DNA of 5,006 bases. Origin: Octopus sinensis. Taxonomy: Eukaryota. Below are positions 1-5,006 of the stretch, in pieces. A program made the position numbers and the translations under genes. The notes beneath the pieces were generated by a model, which searched no databases, had not been told where the DNA came from, and worked only from the letters and a program-made list of their open reading frames with translations. Every line of letters starts with the position of its first letter. The first letter of the stretch is position 1. The stretch lies in assembly GCF_006345805.1 (NCBI RefSeq), contig NW_021830204.1, positions 1 to 5,006 on the forward strand, in the 5' to 3' direction.

Positions 1-60
1 GCGTGGGGAAGATGGTGGACGATTGGGATATTGAAGCAAAACAGAGAACAGGAGAAGAGA

Positions 61-205
61 GATATCCAGAGGTAATGCTGTACGATCGTTTCACGCAACC
101 CCATTTAATTGAACAATGCAACCATTACATCAATTTGAATGCAGAGCAATCCTCAGCTGCACAAAGCCATATAATTTAATTAAATTAAAACAGATGGACA
201 CATTA
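61..205. repeat. Long inverted repeat, left arm, outer segment (pairs with 1217-1361)
   Basis: Manual ungapped alignment: 61-205 is the reverse complement of 1217-1361 with 18 mismatches in 145 nt (~88%). For example, GATATCCAGAGGTAATGCTGTACGATCGTTTCAC corresponds to CTGAAACGATCGTACTGCATTACCACTGGATATC. Weak similarity continues at 37-52 vs 1361-1376 after a 9-nt indel. Confidence 0.93.
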
Positions 206-207
206 CG

Positions 208-231
208 CTTACTCTTACTCTTACTCTTACT
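208..231 (-). repeat. SINE 3' simple-repeat tail (AGTAAG)4
   Basis: Four perfect CTTACT units on the + strand, directly abutting the 3' end of the SINE body. Confidence 0.9.
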
Positions 232-408
232 TGTTTCAGTCATTTGACTGCGGCCATGCTGGAGCACCGCCTTTAGTCGGGCAAATCGACCCCGGGACTT
301 ATTCTTTGTAAGCCCAGTACTTATTCTATCGGTTTCTTTTGCCGAACCGCTAAGTGACGGGGACGTAAACACACCAGCATCAGTTGTCAAGCAATGCTAG
401 GGGGACAA

Positions 409-416
409 ACACAGAC

Positions 417-447
<31 letters not shown>

Positions 448-456
448 CATATATAC
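409..456. repeat. SINE-internal (CA)n/(TA)n microsatellite
   Basis: ACACAGACACACACACACACATACATATATATATATATACATATATAC. The equivalent tract is present in the second copy from ~2560. Confidence 0.9.
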
Positions 457-514
457 GACAGGCTTCTTTCAGTTTCCGTCTACCAGAAGACACTTGCCCA
501 AGATGCCACGCAGT

Positions 515-525
515 GGGACTGAACC
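515..525 (-). promoter_or_regulatory. RNA polymerase III B box of the SINE head
   Basis: Minus strand GGTTCAGTCCC is close to the B-box consensus GGTTCGANNCC. It lies ~35 nt downstream of the A-box remnant (GTGTGG, 558-563). Function is doubtful because the A box is clipped. Confidence 0.75.
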
Positions 526-563
526 CGGAACCATGTGGTTGGTTAGCAAGCTACTTACCACAC

Positions 564-628
564 TACTTTAAATGTCCAAGAAGTTAAGGAGATAGACAAA
601 TAGAAAAGGAATAAAATAGCTTAATTAC
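564..628. repeat. Long inverted repeat, left arm, inner segment (pairs with 1146-1207)
   Basis: Reverse complement of 1146-1207 with 3 mismatches and one 3-nt (AAG) indel. It includes a 45-nt perfect match (581-625 vs 1149-1193). Confidence 0.93.
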
Positions 629-1145
629 TTAAGATAGCTTCCTCCCTTTATTGTGGTAAAATTTTGGTATATACTCAAAAGTATTCAAAGAAATTTTATC
701 CTTTTGTTATAATATCATTCTTAATAATCTTCTTGATTACCCTAAAGTTTAACTTTAAACAATATCGCAATATTGTTTGAAATGATCTTTAGAAATTACT
801 TGATTTATCCCTTTTTAAAAGAGCTCTACCCTCCTGATCTTAGTATTTATAAGGGCCTTTGTATAAGTAGCCCTTCTAATTAAGTACCCCTAAGTAACCA
901 TAAATATCATGTATGGAGTAACAATAATAATTTCTAAAGACCTATAATATAAGCCTTAGTTTTAAAAAATTAGTGTCAAATTAGAATGTCCAATAACATT
1001 AATATTCCTTTAGCTAATAACAGGGATCAGTCTTTATTGATACTAGCTAAATACGTAAATATATAATATATTTTGAATTATTATACATTTTCTAGAAATA
1101 TTCTCTGTTGTTGTTAATAAGCTTCAAATACTTTATCATGTTTTT

Positions 1146-1361
1146 GTGATTAAGCTATTTTATTCCTTTTCTATTTGTCTATCTCCTTAACTTGGAGATT
1201 TTAAGTAAAAATGTACTAATATATCCGTCTGTTTTAATTTAATCAAATTCTATGTCTTTGTACAACTGAGGATTGGTCTGAATTTGAATTGATGTGATGG
1301 TTGCATTCTTCAATTAAATGGAGTTGCCTGAAACGATCGTACTGCATTACCACTGGATATC
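1146..1361. repeat. Long inverted repeat, right arm (uninterrupted; carries the SINE empty site at ~1208-1216)
   Basis: A continuous 216-nt reverse complement of the joined left segments 61-205 and 564-628. Confidence 0.93.
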
Positions 1362-1476
1362 CTGTTGCTTATTTTGACCTTAATCACCTGATTTTGAAAT
1401 TGTACGGATAATACCGTACTAAATTCTGGTGCCTCAACTTAAGTACCATATTCATCTGAATCAAAATTTTTTGCTG

Positions 1477-1508
<32 letters not shown>

Positions 1509-1522
1509 AATATATATATATA
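1477..1522. repeat. (TA)n microsatellite
   Basis: Near-perfect TA run with two phase interruptions. Confidence 0.97.
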
Positions 1523-1617
1523 AAGAGATAGAGAGAGAGAGAGAGCAGAGAGAGAGCGAGAGAGTGTGTGTATGTGAGAGAGAGTGAGAGGGAGACAGAA
1601 ACAGAGACAGAGAGAGA
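1523..1617. repeat. Imperfect (GA)n/(GT)n/(GACA)n microsatellite
   Basis: GAGAGAGA runs interrupted by GC, GT and CA variants. Confidence 0.95.
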
Positions 1618-2025
1618 AAACTAAGCGTAGGAATAAGGCAGTTGGACAGGCTAATATATAAAGAAAATTAAATACATGAAATGCCAAAAAATGTATATAT
1701 GTTTTCATACAAAAAGGTCTGACTTACACACACTAGAAATTATATCGACAAATAAATAGATTGAAGAAAGGAATTACTAATCCAACAGCTGTTTCTAGGA
1801 GATCGATGGGTCAAAATAATATTTGTAGATTGATTCCATTGTTGGTTGAGACGAGCCTCTGCCTTCAGGGAAGAGATCTTAAATTTCAAGCATTGAAAAA
1901 AATAGAAGTTCAAAAGCGGATTGATTTGTTGAGAGCGATGTGTAGAAGAAGTTGGATTTGGGGAGGCATTTAGATTGAGATTAGTGTATTCTATACAGTG
2001 AATATCCGATACTCGTCTATGAACC

Positions 2026-2076
<51 letters not shown>

Positions 2077-2239
2077 GCGTGTGTGTATATATATGTATAC
2101 ATACGTATATCTATATATATATATATATATATATAATATATGTGTGTGGTGTGTTGTGTAGATATATATCTATGTACTTGTGCATGTAGGTATATGTTTC
2201 TTCTGATGAGGTGTGTGTGTGCACGTTTGGGTGTTGGGG

Positions 2240-2310
<71 letters not shown>

Positions 2311-2360
2311 ATATAAATAGATATATATGGTATATATGATATATGTGTGTGTGTTTATAT
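2026..2360. repeat. Compound (TA)n/(TG)n/(TATG)n microsatellite field
   Basis: Three long TA runs separated by degenerate TG/TATG purine-pyrimidine-alternating spacers. Confidence 0.95.
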
Positions 2361-2592
2361 TATTCCTTTATTCTTTTATTGTTTCAGTGATTTGACTGTG
2401 GCCATGCTGGAGCACACCACATTTAGTCGAGCAAATCAACCCCAGGACTTATCTTTGTAGACCTAGTACTTACTCTATCGGTCTCTCTTGCCGAACCGCT
2501 GAGTCACGGGGACGTTAACACACCACCATCGGTTGTCAAGCGATGGTAGAATGACAATCACAGACTCACAAACACATATACATATATATATA
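2360..2592 (-). mobile_element. Second copy of the same SINE, 3' half only (tRNA head and CORE-like part missing)
   Basis: 2381-2565 aligns to 233-415 at roughly 85% identity with two small indels. The tail on the minus strand is AATAAAAGAATAAAGGAATAA. Homology stops in the internal TA tract, and no GGCTTCTTTCAGTTTCC or B-box sequence follows. Confidence 0.9.
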
Positions 2593-2613
2593 GATATATA
2601 TATATAATATATA

Positions 2614-2652
<39 letters not shown>

Positions 2653-2704
2653 ATATATATATGTGTATATATTATCTATCTTCTCTCTCTATCTAACTAT
2701 CTAT
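2575..2704. repeat. (TA)n followed by (TATC)n/(TC)n microsatellite
   Basis: TA run to ~2671, continuous with the SINE-internal tract, then TATCTATCTTCTCTCTCTATCTAACTATCTAT. Confidence 0.95.
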
Positions 2705-2791
2705 TTCCATGGATTTAAGATTATTTTAAACTTAAAATTTCTTTTTAAATTTAAAAAAATTGATTTTTTTTTATTTATCACATTTCATTCT

Positions 2792-2830
2792 TATATATAT
2801 AACATACATACATACAAGTACATATATATA
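2792..2830. repeat. (TA)n/(CATA)n microsatellite abutting the LINE 5' junction
   Basis: TATATATATAACATACATACATACAAGTACATATATATA. Confidence 0.9.
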
Positions 2831-3040
2831 TGGGGCCTTTCTCTCCCAGGAATGACACGATGTGAACGAGGACAGGCGAGGTCCCTCCTGAACCTCATCA
2901 AAAGCCTCTATAGGGAGCAAGTAATACTCCAACCAACCTGGGCAGGTAACATACTGGATCTCTGCTTCACAGATAATATGGATCTCATCCATAATGTGAA
3001 AGTGACACCGACACTACTCTCGGATCACAACATGGTAGAG
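2831..3040 (+). pseudogene. LINE ORF2 APE-type endonuclease C-terminal fragment
   Basis: Frame +2: W(2831)GLSLPG...QPTWAGNILDLCFTDN...LLSDH (SDH at 3020-3028) NMVEL. The upstream GDFN motif is absent because of truncation. The usual PTR reads PTW (TGG, compatible with CGG CpG decay). Confidence 0.88.
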
Positions 3041-3742
3041 CTGACCATGTACGGGCCAAAGGAAAGCATGGACATGCAGCCTACAAGAAACTCTCAGAAT
3101 CTTTCCAGCTTGAACTTCCATAAGGCAAACGGACAAATTGAGAAAGAGATCCTCAACAAAACTGGCCTGAATGTCTCTCCTCGTCAGACATCGACATGAA
3201 ACGTCAACAATTCATGTCTGTAAATGCAAGCCATATGCTACAAATGTGTCCCAGAGAGAAAGGCACTGTACACCAGAACAAAATCCCCAGGGAGAGGAAA
3301 ATTCTCTAATGAGACGGCGTACAAAAGTTTCAAATCGCCTAAACAAACAAATTGAAAGCAGTGAAAAGTCCCGCCTGAAATAAAACTGTGGAATTGAAAA
3401 TGTCTGCAACTCTCCCATGAAAAGGAAAGAGCAGACAAAGAAGCCTGGGTTATAGACAACATAAAATCTAACCCCAGAGCTTTCTACGGTATGCCAAAGA
3501 AACAGCTACGGTGCACTGTAGGATAGGGCCACTCCTTGAAAAGATGGCACACTCACAGGAAATCCAATAAGGGTAAGTGAAATACTAAATGAGCAATTCA
3601 AGAGTGTTTTTCACTCCACCCCTGGGGCATTTCCAAGTCAGCAAGCCAACTGACTTCTTTACCACTGCAGATATAAAAATCAGAGGCACGATGATTGATT
3701 ACATCAATATAAAGGAGACGATGTAATAAAGGCTATTGATGA

Positions 3743-4750
3743 AATGAAAACAACTCAGCTACTGGCCCCAATGGATTCCCAGCAATCCTTCTAAAAGTAT
3801 GTAATAGAGTCCTAGCAAGACCACTGCAGTTCCTCTTTCAGAGCTTCCTTACAACTGGCAAACTTCCAAGAAAACTGAAGGAAGGTAAAATATGCCCTAT
3901 TCATAAAGGAGGTAGCAGAGCGGATGCCACTAACTACAGACCTATCTCTCTGACCTCACACATCAGCAAGGTCATGGAACGAATAGTCAGAAGGAAACTA
4001 ATCACCTTCCTTGAAGAAAATGACTTGCTGCCGGACACCCAACATGGTTTCCGACCAGGAAGAAGCTGCTTAACTCAGCTCCAACAACACTATGACCGGG
4101 TGCTGAAACGACTGCTCAACCACTCAAATGTGGAAGTGATATATCTCGACTTTGCAAAGGCCTTTGATAAAGTCGATCATGGAATGATATGTCACAAACT
4201 GCGTGATCTTGGCATAGTTGGAAAATTGGGAGAATGGCTTCATGACTTTCTGAAGGATAGAAGTCAGGTGGTAGTAGCCAATGGGGCCACTTCCATTAAC
4301 ACGCAAATAGTGAGCGGTGTTCAACAGGGCACTGTTTTGGGACCACTACTGTTCATAATGGCCCTCTCAGACATGCCCTCAGCCACGCAGAGAGCCACGA
4401 TCTCAAGTTATGCAGATGATACAAAAGTTTCACAGGCAATACAGAACCCTGAAGACACTAAGCACCTGCAATGTAAGCTGGACAAAATATACAAGTGGGC
4501 TGAAAAGAATAGCATGCAGTTCAATGCTGAAAAGTTTCAAGCTTTATGCTATCAGCATGCAAAACTAAATGCAATACCCAATGAATACACTGGACCCGGA
4601 GGAATAGCAATCCCAGAGGCACAATCAGTGCGTGACCTAGGTATTTACATGAGTGATGACGCAACCTTTCATGTACATGTTGCTAAATTGGCAATGAACT
4701 GTAGATGGCTGGCCGGATGGATTCTTAGAACCTTTAGAACAAGAGACTAA
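3743..4750 (+). pseudogene. LINE ORF2 reverse transcriptase domain (stop-free stretch of 335 codons)
   Basis: Frame +2 is open from 3743 to 4747. Motifs: NYRPIS at 3932, QHGF at 4040, YLDF at 4142, GVQQG at 4316-4330 (canonical PQG reads QQG), YADD at 4409-4420. It ends at premature TAA 4748-4750. The ORF-track ATG at 3974 is an internal Met. Confidence 0.95.
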
Positions 4751-5006
4751 GAAACCATGATGGTCCTCTGGAGGACACTTGTCCTAAGCCACTTTGACTA
4801 TTGCTCTCAGCTATAGTCACCATCCAGTGTCAAGTTGATCACAGAACTTGAGGCGATCCAACGAAGCTACACGAAGAAGATAGCCTCTGTGCAGCATATA
4901 AGCTACTGGGAAAGACTCAAGAGATTAAAACTCTATTCCTTGGAGCGTAGGCGAGAAAGATATGCCATAATATACATCTGGAAGATCCTAGAAGGACTTG
5001 TCCCAA
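4751..5006 (+). pseudogene. LINE ORF2 C-terminal region after the RT domain
   Basis: The same frame continues: ETMMVLWRTLVLSHFDYCSQL*SPSSVKLITELEAIQRSYTKKIASVQHISYWERLKRLKLYSLERRRERYAIIYIWKILEGLVP. TAG at 4814-4816 replaces the conserved Trp of the YCxxxWSP motif. Confidence 0.92.

Larger units (their letters stand above)
208..563 (-). mobile_element. tRNA-derived SINE (octopus OK/OR-type, CORE-like), near full length, slightly 5'-truncated, with an internal deletion
   Basis: Minus strand reads GTGTGGTAAGTAGCTTGCTAACCAACCACATGGTTCCGGGTTCAGTCCCACTGCG (tRNA-like head with B box, A box clipped), then CTTGGGCAAGT (similar to the start of the MIR/CORE domain), an internal CA/TA microsatellite, a body ending GGCGGTGCTCCAGCATGGCCGCAGTCAAATGACTGAAAC, and an (AGTAAG)4 tail. 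It is ~85% identical to a second copy at 2381-2565. The family assignment is from recall of octopus SINE sequences, not from a search. Confidence 0.9.
2831..5006 (+). mobile_element. 5'-truncated, decayed non-LTR retrotransposon (LINE, CR1-clade type) ORF2; continues past the window end
   Basis: The restored translation shows the APE endonuclease C-terminus (PTWAGNILDLCFT...SDH), a linker (KIPRERKIL, NPRAFY, GPLL, ILNEQFKSVF), RT motifs (NYRPISLTS, QHGFRPGRSC, YLDFAKAFDKVDH, SGVQQGTVLGPLLF, YADD, DLGI) and a CR1-type C-terminus (DYCSQL*SP, SYWERLKRLKLYSLERRRERY). About 10 frameshift sites and at least 2 premature stops are present. Confidence 0.95.

Noticed and set aside
3-179. 58-codon open + frame (VGKMVDDWDIEAKQRTGEERYPEVMLYDRF...) and a possible donor GAG|GTAATG at 71/72
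   Set aside because: In this frame essentially all arm-to-arm changes are non-synonymous, and no family is recognised. A lone donor-like motif is not evidence of an exon.
505-563. Stand-alone tRNA gene
   Set aside because: It is the tRNA-derived SINE head, with a clipped A box, no complete acceptor stem, and contiguity with the SINE body.
130-587. ORF-track entries 130..390 (-) and 384..587 (+)
   Set aside because: They are translations of SINE body, tail and microsatellite (SKSKSK, THTHIHIYIY), with no protein family features.
851-900. AAGGGC...GCCCTT stem and three TAAGTA motifs near the symmetry centre of the inverted repeat
   Set aside because: A 6-bp stem and AT-rich hexamers are not distinguishable from chance without further copies.
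678-1134. Possible inward extension of the inverted repeat (678-690 vs 1122-1134, 11/13 match)
   Set aside because: Short, AT-rich, off the main diagonal by ~38 nt, and flanks do not align.
629-1145. Spacer as a degraded transposase or NUMT
   Set aside because: The minus-strand frame I translated has stops about every 10-15 codons, as expected for this AT content, and no DDE, Rep or mitochondrial motifs were recognised.
1439-2312. ORFs 1439..1708 (-), 1740..2312 (-) and 1761..1973 (+)
   Set aside because: The first two are largely microsatellite read-through (YIYI, LSLS). The third starts at a non-ATG codon, is short and has no recognisable motif.
2717-2757. AT-only palindromes (ATTTTAA-AC-TTAAAAT; TTTTTAAATTTAAAAA)
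   Set aside because: Expected by chance in near-pure A/T low-complexity sequence.
2663-2830. N-terminal part of ORF 2663..3199
   Set aside because: Low-complexity AT-rich and microsatellite sequence that is fortuitously in frame with the LINE endonuclease fragment starting at 2831.
2836-2850. Splice-acceptor-like CCTTTCTCTCCCAG|G at the LINE 5' end
   Set aside because: It is simply LINE coding sequence (GLSLPG). There is no partner donor or transcript evidence for exonisation.
2771-4324. Minus-strand and alternate-frame ORFs overlapping the LINE (2771..2992, 3171..3383, 3212..3418, 3238..3462, 4124..4324)
   Set aside because: These are shadow frames of ORF2. Only the MRRRTKVSNRL part of 3171..3383 is a real ORF2 piece, between frameshifts.

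Overview
Non-genic, repeat-dense eukaryotic DNA, most likely from an octopus (inferred from the SINE family and the TA-rich compound microsatellites). No host gene is supported. Contents in order: (1) a ~1.3 kb diverged long inverted repeat, with arms 61-205 plus 564-628 pairing with 1146-1361, whose left arm has been split by a minus-strand tRNA-derived SINE (208-563); (2) large TA/GA/TG microsatellite fields; (3) a second, headless copy of the same SINE (~2360-2592); (4) a 5'-truncated, decayed CR1-clade LINE ORF2 on the + strand (endonuclease C-terminus, linker, reverse transcriptase) from 2831 to beyond the window end. The least explained feature is the long inverted repeat. Other notable points are the SINE empty site preserved in the right arm, a covarying hairpin shared by the two SINE copies, and LINE frameshifts confined to one 600-bp segment. 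Nothing here demonstrates a new biological system; the leads are hypotheses.
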